The notes under the pieces are model-generated. The model was not told the DNA's origin. It worked only from the letters and a program-made list of their open reading frames with translations, and searched no databases. The position numbers and the translations under genes are program-made. 64,000 nucleotides of DNA, from assembly GCA_964483315.1 (NCBI GenBank), contig CAZAAL010000001.1, positions 48,867-112,866 on the forward strand, given 5' to 3'. Source of the stretch: an uncultured Candidatus Saccharibacteria bacterium. Lineage in GTDB: Bacteria; Patescibacteriota; Saccharimonadia; Saccharimonadales; UBA10212. Positions 45,068 through 53,610 of the stretch are shown here, piece by piece (position 1 is the stretch's first letter; each line of letters starts with the position of its first letter).

Positions 45068-45161
45068 AAGCGTTATCTGTCTTAATTGTAGCAGTAAACA
45101 ATATTGAACGTATAGCCTTTTAAGGTGTTTATTGATATACTTACCGCTGTTATTGTGCAAT

Positions 45162-45251
45162 GGAAGGGTGTCCGAGCGGTTTAAGGAAATGGTCTTGAAA
45201 ACCATCGTACCGGCAACGGTACCGTGGGTTCGAATCCCACCCCTTCCGCCA
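45162..45251 (+). tRNA. tRNA-Ser (anticodon UGA)
   Basis: Acceptor GGAAGGG, anticodon stem-loop ATGGT-CTTGAAA-ACCAT, long variable arm, T-arm GTGGG-TTCGAAT-CCCAC, encoded CCA. Confidence 0.9.
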
Positions 45252-45254
45252 CAA

Positions 45255-45347
45255 GGAGAGGTACCCAAGAGGCTGAAGGGGTCGGTTTGCTAAATCGATA
45301 GGGGGGAGCAATCTCCCGCGAGGGTTCGAATCCCTCTCTCTCCGCCA
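45255..45347 (+). tRNA. tRNA-Ser (anticodon GCU)
   Basis: Acceptor GGAGAGG, anticodon stem-loop TCGGT-TTGCTAA-ATCGA, long variable arm, T-arm GAGGG-TTCGAAT-CCCTC, encoded CCA. Starts 3 nt after the previous tRNA. Confidence 0.88.
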
Positions 45348-45354
45348 AATTAAG

Positions 45355-45377
45355 AACCCGCTATAAAGCGGGTTTTT
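45355..45377 (+). terminator. Terminator after the tRNA-Ser pair
   Basis: AACCCGC-TATAAA-GCGGGTT followed by TTTGATTT. Confidence 0.7.
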
Positions 45378-45387
45378 GATTTGGTGC

Positions 45388-46074
45388 CTAGCCAAGTTTT
45401 TTATGAGCAAAGCTAAGTGCGATAACTTTTTTGGCCCCGGCTTTTTTTAAAACTCGAGCCACCTCGTCGATAGTCGCACCCGTGGATATCACATCATCTA
45501 CAATTATTATCTTTTTACCCGCAACTACATTTGGCTTTGTTACCCAAAACATACCAATAAGTTGGCTGGACCGTATGCTTTTAGGGGCACCAACTTGCCG
45601 AGTTGATCCAATCCTTGCTAATAATTGCCAGTAAGTTAAACCGCTCAGTCCTGCAAAGTGCTTTGCAATTAATTGCGTGTGGTCAAAGCTTCTTGCCCGA
45701 ACCCTATTAGATGCTGTTGGTACGTTCGTAATAAAACAGTCATCTACTTTAGGTGTTCTTTGATATATTAATTTTGACATTGGAACTGAAGCGGAGCGAT
45801 TTTGACCATATTTTAATTCCCTGGTCAGCCTAGCGGTTGCTCCATAATAGCTACTGGCAGGATAAACCCCATCAAGTCTTGTTTGTTTTTTACATTTTTT
45901 ACAAATTCCCGTTTGGCTGACAGCTCCACATTTGTAGCACGATAAAACTACTGGCTCCACTAAACTTAGACAGTTATCACACAGAGCACTACCTTCGTAT
46001 CCACACTCTATGCAACATGAAGGAGCAATAACACCGATTAGCGACTCCATGACTCTCATTTTTGAATAATACAC
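45388..46074 (-). CDS. comF: ComF family protein (phosphoribosyltransferase-like, ComFC)
   Basis: N-terminal 4-Cys zinc finger (CCIECG...CDNC, CYKCG...CKKC) and a C-terminal PRTase motif IIIVDDVISTGATI. Confidence 0.8.
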   Translation of the reverse strand: MYYSKMRVMESLIGVIAPSCCIECGYEGSALCDNCLSLVEPVVLSCYKCGAVSQTGICKKCKKQTRLDGVYPASSYYGATARLTRELKYGQNRSASVPMSKLIYQRTPKVDDCFITNVPTASNRVRARSFDHTQLIAKHFAGLSGLTYWQLLARIGSTRQVGAPKSIRSSQLIGMFWVTKPNVVAGKKIIIVDDVISTGATIDEVARVLKKAGAKKVIALSFAHKKLG

Positions 46075-46234
46075 CCTTTAGATAGACTAACCATGAGTTT
46101 TATAGTGTTGTATTTATTCTGTTGTAAATCTGTGCATTAGCTTATTGCGCTGTATCTATAATCTAAGCTATACTATCTGTAACATAAAAAGGCAAACGGG
46201 TTTTTAGCTTTTAAGGTTTTGGAGGGTAATTAAT

Positions 46235-46711
46235 ATGGCACGACGTGGTCAAGATGACCTACTTATGGACGACGAATTAACCGCCGCTTTTTTGGGCGAC
46301 GATGATCTTGGTGGTGTAGTAGAAGGTGATACTCCTGCTCAAGCAGGACCAGTTCCGGCAGAAGAAGATTGGGAAGAAGAGCCTGTTGCAGGACAATTGG
46401 CTGTTGATGTATTTGAAACCAAAGAAAAATTGGTTGTAAAAGCCCGAACCGCCGGTGTAAATAAAAACGATTTAGATGTAAGCATTTCAGACAATACTTT
46501 AAGCATTCGGGGTACTTTAAGCGCTGGCGAAGAAGACGGGGTAGAGAATTATTTTGTTCAAGAGTGTTACTGGGGTGAGTTTAGCCGAAGCATTGTTTTG
46601 CCAGTTCCAGTTAAAGAAGAAGAGATTGAGGCTGTATTAAAAGACGGTGTTCTTACAATTAGCTTTACCAAACTAAAGCAAGATACTGTTAAAAAGATCC
46701 AAGTTCTTTAA
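46235..46711 (+). CDS. Hsp20/alpha-crystallin family small heat-shock protein
   Basis: 158 aa with QLAVDVFETKEKLVVKARTAGV and a C-terminal DGVLTISF. Confidence 0.9.
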   Translation: MARRGQDDLLMDDELTAAFLGDDDLGGVVEGDTPAQAGPVPAEEDWEEEPVAGQLAVDVFETKEKLVVKARTAGVNKNDLDVSISDNTLSIRGTLSAGEEDGVENYFVQECYWGEFSRSIVLPVPVKEEEIEAVLKDGVLTISFTKLKQDTVKKIQVL

Positions 46712-46730
46712 CTCTAAAACTTTTAAACTA

Positions 46731-46758
46731 AACACCTCTGGACTCCAGAGGTGTTTTA
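46731..46758 (+). terminator. hsp20 terminator
   Basis: AACACCTCTGG-ACT-CCAGAGGTGTT followed by TTATGTT. Confidence 0.7.
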
Positions 46759-46767
46759 TGTTATAAT
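46759..46767 (+). promoter_or_regulatory. Extended -10 (TGTTATAAT) for GC-rich cassette C
   Basis: Perfect TGnTATAAT, 41 nt upstream of the GTG at 46808. Confidence 0.45.
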
Positions 46768-46807
46768 ATCCTAGTTCTTTCTTCGTAAACAACATTTCGA
46801 AGGGAGT

Positions 46808-47002
46808 GTGGGGCTCTTGGCGGGTAACCAAGAGGAGGCCGTTAAGCGACTGGGCAACCAGTTGCGCAACGAATCTGATCCAGGTCGCAAGAACTCGATC
46901 AGGCGTGAGCTCGATGGCGCATATCGGTCCTACTGCGACTCAATGTCGCGACACGGACAACGCGCCAAGTCGCTCCGCGACATCATCGGGTTCAACCCCT
47001 GA
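46808..47002 (+). CDS. GC-rich cassette C: small basic helical protein (61-64 aa)
   Basis: This frame ends just before the terminator. The competing frame (46806-47114) reads through the terminator. The start is GTG 46808 or the in-frame TTG 46817 (10 nt after GGGAG). G+C hand count is 35/60 at 46861-46920. Confidence 0.4.
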   Translation: MGLLAGNQEEAVKRLGNQLRNESDPGRKNSIRRELDGAYRSYCDSMSRHGQRAKSLRDIIGFNP

Positions 47003-47014
47003 AGTCGCTCAACT

Positions 47015-47052
47015 GGGGGGTGGTCGCAAGACCACCCCCCTCTCATTTTTTT
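47015..47052 (+). terminator. Strong rho-independent terminator of cassette C
   Basis: GGGGGGTGGTC-GCAA-GACCACCCCCC followed by TCTCATTTTTTT. Confidence 0.8.
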
Positions 47053-47066
47053 GCATGTTATACATA

Positions 47067-47090
47067 AAAAGACCCCAAAAGGGGTCTTTT
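47067..47090 (-). terminator. Terminator hairpin at the end of the pilin operon
   Basis: AAAAGACCCC-AAAA-GGGGTCTTTT, 21 nt beyond the stop of 47111-47512. Confidence 0.6.
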
Positions 47091-47110
47091 ATTTCAAAAC
47101 AAAATCAATC

Positions 47111-47512
47111 CTAGCTGTTAGGATTTGCTTGATTTAGAACAAAGTTAACAATAACTTGTGCTAGAGCAACTATAATAAGACCAATTACTGCGTATAGTAT
47201 AGTGTTTTTAGCAGCAGTTACACCATTGCTATCGCCACCACTAGTTATATACCTAAAACCACCGTATATAATCATGATCACCGATACAACACCAACGATT
47301 AGCGAAAAGATGTCTACGATTGTGTTGATTAAATCCTGTGCTTGTTCGCCATCGGTATCTTCACATTGCCCATCACCATTCACGGTAAAACTGGCACCAT
47401 CGCACAGATTTTCTTGGATATTTTGAGCATGAACTGCTACTGGAGCAAAAACGGCAACTGGCAAAGCGAGCAAAGCAGTAGTTAGTATTATATTTTTGAT
47501 TTTTGAAAGCAT
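47111..47512 (-). CDS. VirB2/TrbC-like T4SS pilin paralog 1
   Basis: Signal peptide (..AVHAQ), acidic variable region with 2 Cys, and a TM-loop-TM core IYGGFRYITSGGDSNGVTAAKNTILYAVIGLIIVALAQVIVNFVL. Confidence 0.7.
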   Translation of the reverse strand: MLSKIKNIILTTALLALPVAVFAPVAVHAQNIQENLCDGASFTVNGDGQCEDTDGEQAQDLINTIVDIFSLIVGVVSVIMIIYGGFRYITSGGDSNGVTAAKNTILYAVIGLIIVALAQVIVNFVLNQANPNS

Positions 47513-47612
47513 TTTTTTAGTTCCTAATTAAATTTTATTAGTTTATGCGGTAGTTATACCATACTCATACCGTTTATGGCAATAGGAATTATGATTACCT
47601 ATTACTGTAATG

Positions 47613-47993
47613 TTAACTACTCTCATTAAGCACAAAATTAACTATCACCTGCGCTAAGCTAGCAATAATTAATCCGATTACAGCAAAAATAATAGTATTC
47701 TTTGCGCTCGAAAGCTTGCCGCTATCGCCACTGCTCGTAACATATTTAAAGCCACCAATCATAATAAATATGACGCTTACTATCCCAATGACTAGTGAAA
47801 ATATTTCTACAGCGTTTATTATTGTATCGCCAAGTGTTGCTCCGGCGTCATCTGGTGCATCTTCGCCAGATGCAGTTTCGGCACCTCCTATAATCTCAGA
47901 TTTAGCATCTGCATAAGTAATAGCTGTAAGGCTGGCGAAAAGTAGGGCCGATGTTAGTATTACTGAACTTAATTTAAGTATTTGCTTAACCAT
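47613..47993 (-). CDS. VirB2/TrbC-like T4SS pilin paralog 2
   Basis: Signal peptide. Core IGGFKYVTSSGDSGKLSSAKNTIIFAVIGLIIASLAQVIVNFVL, near-identical to the tail of paralog 1. Confidence 0.7.
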   Translation of the reverse strand: MVKQILKLSSVILTSALLFASLTAITYADAKSEIIGGAETASGEDAPDDAGATLGDTIINAVEIFSLVIGIVSVIFIMIGGFKYVTSSGDSGKLSSAKNTIIFAVIGLIIASLAQVIVNFVLNESS

Positions 47994-47997
47994 TGTT

Positions 47998-48396
47998 CTA
48001 TCCTGCTACAAAATTATCTACCAAAAAGATAGTAATTACAAATGATAGGGCAGAAACAGCAAGGCCAATTATTGCCCATATAATTAATGATTTTGCTTTT
48101 GCAGTTTTTCCGCTATCGCCTCCTGATGTTATATAAGAAAAACCTCCATACATAATCACAAAGACTGAAACGATTCCAACAAAAAAGGCTACAAGCATTG
48201 CGATATTACCAATCAAGACTGCAATTGGGTTTTCATCACTAGCAATTTCTTTTTGGTTTTCTTCACAAACTGCAGTTTCTTCAGCACCTGTTACGCCACA
48301 TGGAACCTCCAGTGGGTTAAAAGCATTTACGTTTGATATGCTTAGAATAACTAGCCCAGATAGTGTGGCAATTATAAATAATCTTAGCCTACTCAT
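47998..48396 (-). CDS. VirB2/TrbC-like T4SS pilin paralog 3
   Basis: Signal peptide, 2 Cys in the variable part, core YGGFSYITSGGDSGKTAKAKSLIIWAIIGLAVSAL. Confidence 0.7.
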   Translation of the reverse strand: MSRLRLFIIATLSGLVILSISNVNAFNPLEVPCGVTGAEETAVCEENQKEIASDENPIAVLIGNIAMLVAFFVGIVSVFVIMYGGFSYITSGGDSGKTAKAKSLIIWAIIGLAVSALSFVITIFLVDNFVAG

Positions 48397-48678
48397 TTAA
48401 AGTCCCCCAAAGATAAATTGAACAATTAATACCGCGCCTGCAGATACAGCTAAACCAATAGCGGCATATACGATTGCGTTCCTGGCACGTGCTGTTTTTT
48501 GTGGATCACCAGCCGAAACAACAAATTGAAAAGCCGCAAGCACCATGATTAAAAACGCTAAGGCTCCAAATATTCCAAAAACAATGCTTATTATTGCTTC
48601 GACAGTTTCTGCATTTGCCTCGCTTTTTGGCAAACTTTCTGGAGCTTCAAGTAACTGGGCTATAATAAATTTAACCAT
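48397..48678 (-). CDS. VirB2/TrbC-like T4SS pilin paralog 4 (short, no obvious signal peptide)
   Basis: 93 aa with core AAFQFVVSAGDPQKTARARNAIVYAAIGLAVSAG. Confidence 0.6.
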   Translation of the reverse strand: MVKFIIAQLLEAPESLPKSEANAETVEAIISIVFGIFGALAFLIMVLAAFQFVVSAGDPQKTARARNAIVYAAIGLAVSAGAVLIVQFIFGGL

Positions 48679-48681
48679 ATG

Positions 48682-49095
48682 TTATCCTCCAAGTTTTTCT
48701 CCTAAAAAGGTAACCGCAGCTACCGCAATAAATACAAGCACTAAGCCAATAATTGCATTGGTAATTTTGTCCTGAGCTGCAGACGCTTTTTCGGGGTTAC
48801 CAGCTGACCTAATATAAACATAACCACCAAAGATTATATACCCAACCGCCATCAAACCAGCGACCCTAAGCAAAATATCTACCAATGCAAGAGCGATAAG
48901 CCAAATAGGCTCTAGACCATTTGATAAATCTACTTTTGGCACGCAAGCTCCGTATTGGTCAGTTTCACTATCCAAAAACTTATACCAAGTCGGAAAATCA
49001 AAGAAACCATTCTCGTCATTTATGCATGGCGCTGCAAACAAGAACTTTAACTTTATATATACCCCGATTGATAAATCAAGTATCATTTTATCCAA
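48682..49095 (-). CDS. VirB2/TrbC-like T4SS pilin paralog 5
   Basis: 137 aa with core FGGYVYIRSAGNPEKASAAQDKITNAIIGLVLVFIA and a divergent N-terminal domain with 2 Cys. Confidence 0.6.
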   Translation of the reverse strand: MDKMILDLSIGVYIKLKFLFAAPCINDENGFFDFPTWYKFLDSETDQYGACVPKVDLSNGLEPIWLIALALVDILLRVAGLMAVGYIIFGGYVYIRSAGNPEKASAAQDKITNAIIGLVLVFIAVAAVTFLGEKLGG

Positions 49096-49840
49096 ACACT
49101 CCCCCTGGAATTATCCACTGTAAGAACGAATATGTGAATGCGAATACAAATAATGCAATTATGGCGTTTCTGATTGTAGCTTTGGCGGCAACTACTTGTT
49201 GGGTATTTTCGCCAGCAATTATGTACTTTATACCGCCTATCATAAACATAATAACTACAACTAATCCCACACCTGCACTTAAAAAGTTAACCAATTGCTG
49301 GGTGCGAGCAAGTAAGCTATTTTGCTCAAGACAATCCCTAGAGGTAGGGTCCGAACATTCGCTCCCTAGGGCTGGCCTAGTGGTTGAATTTGATACTCCA
49401 TCAGCTGTAAAAGTTGAGCCACTACCACTAAAAATCAGGTTACCCCTAAAGGTCATACAGCCTCTATCTTCTGTTACGTAGTCAACATCTATGAGACCTG
49501 GTAGTTGCTCACTTGAAACAGATGGATAAAGCGTAATGCCTTTGGAGCCAGATGCCCCAAATTGAGTGTTTTCACAAAATTGATTACTGTTTGGTTTTAA
49601 ATTTGCTCCGCCAAAACCTTCATTATCCCCAGAATCTCGGTCAGAAAAGACGATAGTTTGACCACCAATTACAGCTGTTACTCTTGGATTACCATTATTT
49701 TCCGTTAATCTGTAGGTAGCTGACCTTAAATCATTTTCATCAAGAGCCATTACTTTTGTGCTGCCCAAAAAAAACGCCACCTGAGCAAAGATTATCAGGA
49801 GTAGGGTTGTAATTACTTTATTTTTTTTAAGAGTTATCAT
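49088..49840 (-). CDS. Pilin-like protein with a large N-terminal ectodomain (VirB2/TrbC-like C-terminus), paralog 6
   Basis: Start set at the ATG at 49840 (MITLKKNKVITTLLLIIF.. signal). The C-terminus IGGIKYIIAGENTQQVVAAKATIRNAIIALFVFAF matches the pilin core. The track ORF extends to 49960 across the divergent promoter region. Confidence 0.55.
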   Translation of the reverse strand: MITLKKNKVITTLLLIIFAQVAFFLGSTKVMALDENDLRSATYRLTENNGNPRVTAVIGGQTIVFSDRDSGDNEGFGGANLKPNSNQFCENTQFGASGSKGITLYPSVSSEQLPGLIDVDYVTEDRGCMTFRGNLIFSGSGSTFTADGVSNSTTRPALGSECSDPTSRDCLEQNSLLARTQQLVNFLSAGVGLVVVIMFMIGGIKYIIAGENTQQVVAAKATIRNAIIALFVFAFTYSFLQWIIPGGVFG

Positions 49841-49942
49841 ATTTTTTTTAATCTTTGATAATACCATACCATATATTCGCGATTTACTACAGATGTTAAC
49901 TAATTGAATAAGCATAACCTCTGTGATATAGTTTTTTATAAG

Positions 49943-52408
49943 ATGTTTTCTCGCAAACAAAAATTCATCTTTGGGCTTGTTTTTGTTTTTATTGCTGTGT
50001 TCTCAGTACTTCTATTTAACTCAGATAAAGCCCAGGCGGTTACAGAAGCCGAGGTAAACAGGGCTACCTACAGAGCATTGTCATCTTCACAAATAGAAAT
50101 GACAATAACTCGTCCGCCTAACGACGGTAATGATTATTTTCGTTTTACAGAAGGTAATGGTACAACAGATCTGGAGTATGAATATGGTAAGAATGCTCCG
50201 TATGCTCCCGGCGACATATGTGCAGCATCGATAACATTAAGTGGTCCTATACCTCAAAGTGCATCCACAGTAACCGCTAGAGCCGTTTTTAAGATAGCTA
50301 ACTCTGGTGATGATAATTTACTTGAGTGTGTTGATAACAATAATGACACAACTTGGACAAAGTCAATTCAAGTTACTATCCCTGCTGAAGTTGCTGGTGG
50401 CGGGTCAGTAGACCCAAACGATCCAAACGCAGAGGGGGCAAACCAAACAGCAGAGATTAACGAATGCAAGCGCGGTAGCATAACTAGTTTTGAATTTTGG
50501 GCGTGTCCACTCCTAGAAGCGCTTGATAGTATGGCTACCTCTATGAACGGTATTATTGAAGATTTATTATTCTTTGATACAACTGGTAGTGAAGACGCGA
50601 CGGGTATAAAAAATGCATGGAACCTTTTTAGATACGTAGCAAGTGTTTTGATTGTAATTGCAATGTTGGTTATGGTAATCAGTCAGGCAGTAAGTTGGGG
50701 ACCATTCGACGCCTACACAGTCAGAAAAATTCTACCAAAGCTAATCATGGCCGCAATCGCTATTCAGCTATCATGGTGGCTTTGTATCTTTGTAATTGAT
50801 TTATTTAATGATATTGGTCGCGGGGTAGCCAATTTGATGCTATTACCTTTTGGTGGAGCCAGCGAACTCACACTAGACAATATAATTGCAGAAAGTTTTG
50901 AGGGTGTAGGTTCAGGAACAAGACTTGGTATATTTGCAATAATGATTGCTGGGGGTATCCTTGCGTTCTTTAATATCTTTTTACTACTTGCAATGGCAAT
51001 TGGTGTTGTTGCTTCGTTGTTTATCGGATTTGTTGTACTAGTTGTACGAAAATTGTTGCTCATTCTACTAATAATCATGGCCCCGATTGCACTTGCTTTG
51101 TGGATACTGCCTGGCACTAAAAGATACTGGGACTTATGGCAGAACACCTTTATTGGCCTACTGATGATGTTCCCAATAATAATGGCATTAATTGCATCTG
51201 GCAGGATAATGGCTTGGGTTGTAGCCGAGGGCAATTCGTTTGGTAGTGTATCGTTAGGGTCATTTTTAGACTTTTTAATTATTTTGGTTGCATTCTTTGC
51301 ACCATTTTGGCTTATTCCAAAAACCTTCCAGTGGGGAGGAAAGGCCTTTGGCAACCTAGCAGGAGTAATTAATAATGGTAGTAAGGGTGTGTTTGATAGG
51401 CCTAAAGGCTTTATGCAGAACCGACAGAAAGGTATTAATGAAGAGCGAAAAAGAGCTTCGGCACAAAGAGTTGCAGGTGGCAAATCAAGCTTTATTAGAG
51501 GTGACCATTTCAGGTCAGGCGCATTGGACCCAACACTGGGACTACCTGGTAGCAAACGAAGGAGAAGACAGCAAGCTGCTTATGTAGGAGCTGGCTACGC
51601 AGTTGAAGAGCAAGAAGTAAAAGACCAAACAACCCTTATGACGTCTGGAGGCTTAGATACGACACGTTTAGTTGATAGGGCGGTAAATGGGACGAGCGCA
51701 GAAAGACAAGCAGCAATTTCAATTCTTGCGAAAAGAAGACAAACTAATGCACTTACTGATGTAAGAAATAAACTAGATACTTCAGAAGATGGTAGGACTG
51801 ATTGGCAAAAAGCTCTTAATTCTAATTTTGGCGATATAAAGGAGTCAGGAGTACATCTTGTTGGTGGAAGGGGAGAAAATGAATCATGGGATGACGCAGA
51901 CCTTAAATCCTTCCAAAAAGCAGGCGATGAAGCCCGGTCTAAGATGAACGCTGATAGCTGGAGAAGATTTGAGCAAGTCGCAGGTACAGCAGTAGTATCT
52001 AAAGCCGTCGCTGATATAAGGAATAATGAGAATCTTTCAGGTAATCTTGTTAGAGTTACGACTTCGCACGAGGAAATACCAGGATCACCTGTAGATGAAA
52101 TTACAGGGAAGAAGCCTACTTACTCTACTACGCACCCCCTATACATTGCTCCGGGGTCGGTAGGTGGTAGTAGTGGATCTTCTGGAGGTGGTGATACAGA
52201 TTTAACTGATCAAGAGATAATTCTAAGGGCTAGGGGCTCATCTGATACAGTAGATAAAGCTCCTGGCGAGTGGACCGCAAGGGATTATGCAAATGCGGAA
52301 AATACGGCAAGAGACGAATACGATTACCTGAAAGCCCTAGGAGTGCGAACGCCAGAGCAAGAGAAACGACTCCAACAATATAGAGATAACTTCCCGGATT
52401 GGAAATAA
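49943..52408 (+). CDS. VirB6/TrbL-like polytopic T4SS channel protein with N-terminal secreted domain and C-terminal cytoplasmic extension
   Basis: Start at the ATG at 49943 (MFSRKQKFIFGLVFVFIAVF). The central region has at least 6 TM helices (…LLLILLIIMAPIALALWILPG…). About 300 aa of charged tail. Confidence 0.65.
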   Translation: MFSRKQKFIFGLVFVFIAVFSVLLFNSDKAQAVTEAEVNRATYRALSSSQIEMTITRPPNDGNDYFRFTEGNGTTDLEYEYGKNAPYAPGDICAASITLSGPIPQSASTVTARAVFKIANSGDDNLLECVDNNNDTTWTKSIQVTIPAEVAGGGSVDPNDPNAEGANQTAEINECKRGSITSFEFWACPLLEALDSMATSMNGIIEDLLFFDTTGSEDATGIKNAWNLFRYVASVLIVIAMLVMVISQAVSWGPFDAYTVRKILPKLIMAAIAIQLSWWLCIFVIDLFNDIGRGVANLMLLPFGGASELTLDNIIAESFEGVGSGTRLGIFAIMIAGGILAFFNIFLLLAMAIGVVASLFIGFVVLVVRKLLLILLIIMAPIALALWILPGTKRYWDLWQNTFIGLLMMFPIIMALIASGRIMAWVVAEGNSFGSVSLGSFLDFLIILVAFFAPFWLIPKTFQWGGKAFGNLAGVINNGSKGVFDRPKGFMQNRQKGINEERKRASAQRVAGGKSSFIRGDHFRSGALDPTLGLPGSKRRRRQQAAYVGAGYAVEEQEVKDQTTLMTSGGLDTTRLVDRAVNGTSAERQAAISILAKRRQTNALTDVRNKLDTSEDGRTDWQKALNSNFGDIKESGVHLVGGRGENESWDDADLKSFQKAGDEARSKMNADSWRRFEQVAGTAVVSKAVADIRNNENLSGNLVRVTTSHEEIPGSPVDEITGKKPTYSTTHPLYIAPGSVGGSSGSSGGGDTDLTDQEIILRARGSSDTVDKAPGEWTARDYANAENTARDEYDYLKALGVRTPEQEKRLQQYRDNFPDWK

Positions 52409-52473
52409 AATCCGATTTTATGGTGCAAAAGTTAACACTTAAGCATAAGGAGTTTTGTTGATAAACTAATATC

Positions 52474-53589
52474 ATGGCAGTATATAAGGTAATACAAGAT
52501 ATTGAAGCTGAAGATAAGCTTTTGGGACCACTTGGCCTCAAGCAGTTTATCTACGCAATTATTGCCGTTGCATGCGGTTTTATGTGCTTTAAGCTAACCG
52601 TCGAGACAGGTCTTGGCCCGGCAAGATTTTTGGTAGTTTTTGTTTTTCTTTTGCCGATGTTGTTATTTGGCCTGCTAGCAGCACCACTGGGTGGAATCCA
52701 GTCAACCGAAACTTGGCTACTGGCAAAACTTAGGTTTATGCTTAAACCCCAAAGAAGAATCTGGGATCAAAGCGGTATAAAAGAACTTGTTACGATTACC
52801 GCCCCAAAAAAAGTTCAAAAACAATACACTGACGGACTCAGCCAAACAGAAGTAAAAAGCCGATTAAGTGCCCTAGCGTCTACTTTGGATAGCCGAGGCT
52901 GGGCAGTAAAAAATGTAAACGTAAATATGTATACCCAGCCTGGCTATTTTAGCGACGAAGGCCAGACAGACAGGCTCGTTTCTACAGAATTCTTACCGCA
53001 AGATGTACCAGCCGTTGATATAAAAGCAGAAGACGATATTTTAGACCCGCAAAGCAACGCCACAGCCCATCATCTAGACAGATTAATGCACGAGGCTGAG
53101 ACCAAATCAAAATTATCAGCCCTTGAAAAGTTTAATGATAAACGAGCCCAAAACTCCGCAGGAGTCAGCCCTACGCCAGCACCAGACTTTTGGTTTATGC
53201 ATAAGCAAGCCAATCAACAACTTGCACCAAATGAAACAATGTTTACGGCGCACAGCACCATACAGCCAGGTCAAACAAATGATGATTTGCTTATATCGGC
53301 ATCAACCCAAGTGAATATTACCCCAGAACAAGAACAAGCCTTGCTTGCAAATGCCAGGCAGGGTAAGGCACGCAAAAAGCTTAGCCAAGGCAACATGCCA
53401 GCTATTAATGATCAGCATAGTGACACCCAGCCTGCCAGCAGTCAACCAAAGGTGCCCCAAGATGCTATAATCTCATTAGCAAACAACGACGATATAAGTG
53501 TAGCCACTGCCCAAAAAGAGGCAAATCGGATTGCAAAATCAAATACCAAAACTGATGATAGCGGAGAGATTATCGTAAGGCTACATTAG
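52474..53589 (+). CDS. PrgI/VirB3-like T4SS membrane protein with a long Q-rich C-terminal extension
   Basis: The N-terminus MAVYKVIQDIEAEDKLLGPLGLKQFIYAIIAVACGF followed by two TM segments matches the PrgI-family pattern. Confidence 0.55.
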   Translation: MAVYKVIQDIEAEDKLLGPLGLKQFIYAIIAVACGFMCFKLTVETGLGPARFLVVFVFLLPMLLFGLLAAPLGGIQSTETWLLAKLRFMLKPQRRIWDQSGIKELVTITAPKKVQKQYTDGLSQTEVKSRLSALASTLDSRGWAVKNVNVNMYTQPGYFSDEGQTDRLVSTEFLPQDVPAVDIKAEDDILDPQSNATAHHLDRLMHEAETKSKLSALEKFNDKRAQNSAGVSPTPAPDFWFMHKQANQQLAPNETMFTAHSTIQPGQTNDDLLISASTQVNITPEQEQALLANARQGKARKKLSQGNMPAINDQHSDTQPASSQPKVPQDAIISLANNDDISVATAQKEANRIAKSNTKTDDSGEIIVRLH

Positions 53590-53610
53590 CTGAATGATTA
53601 AAGGTGGACT

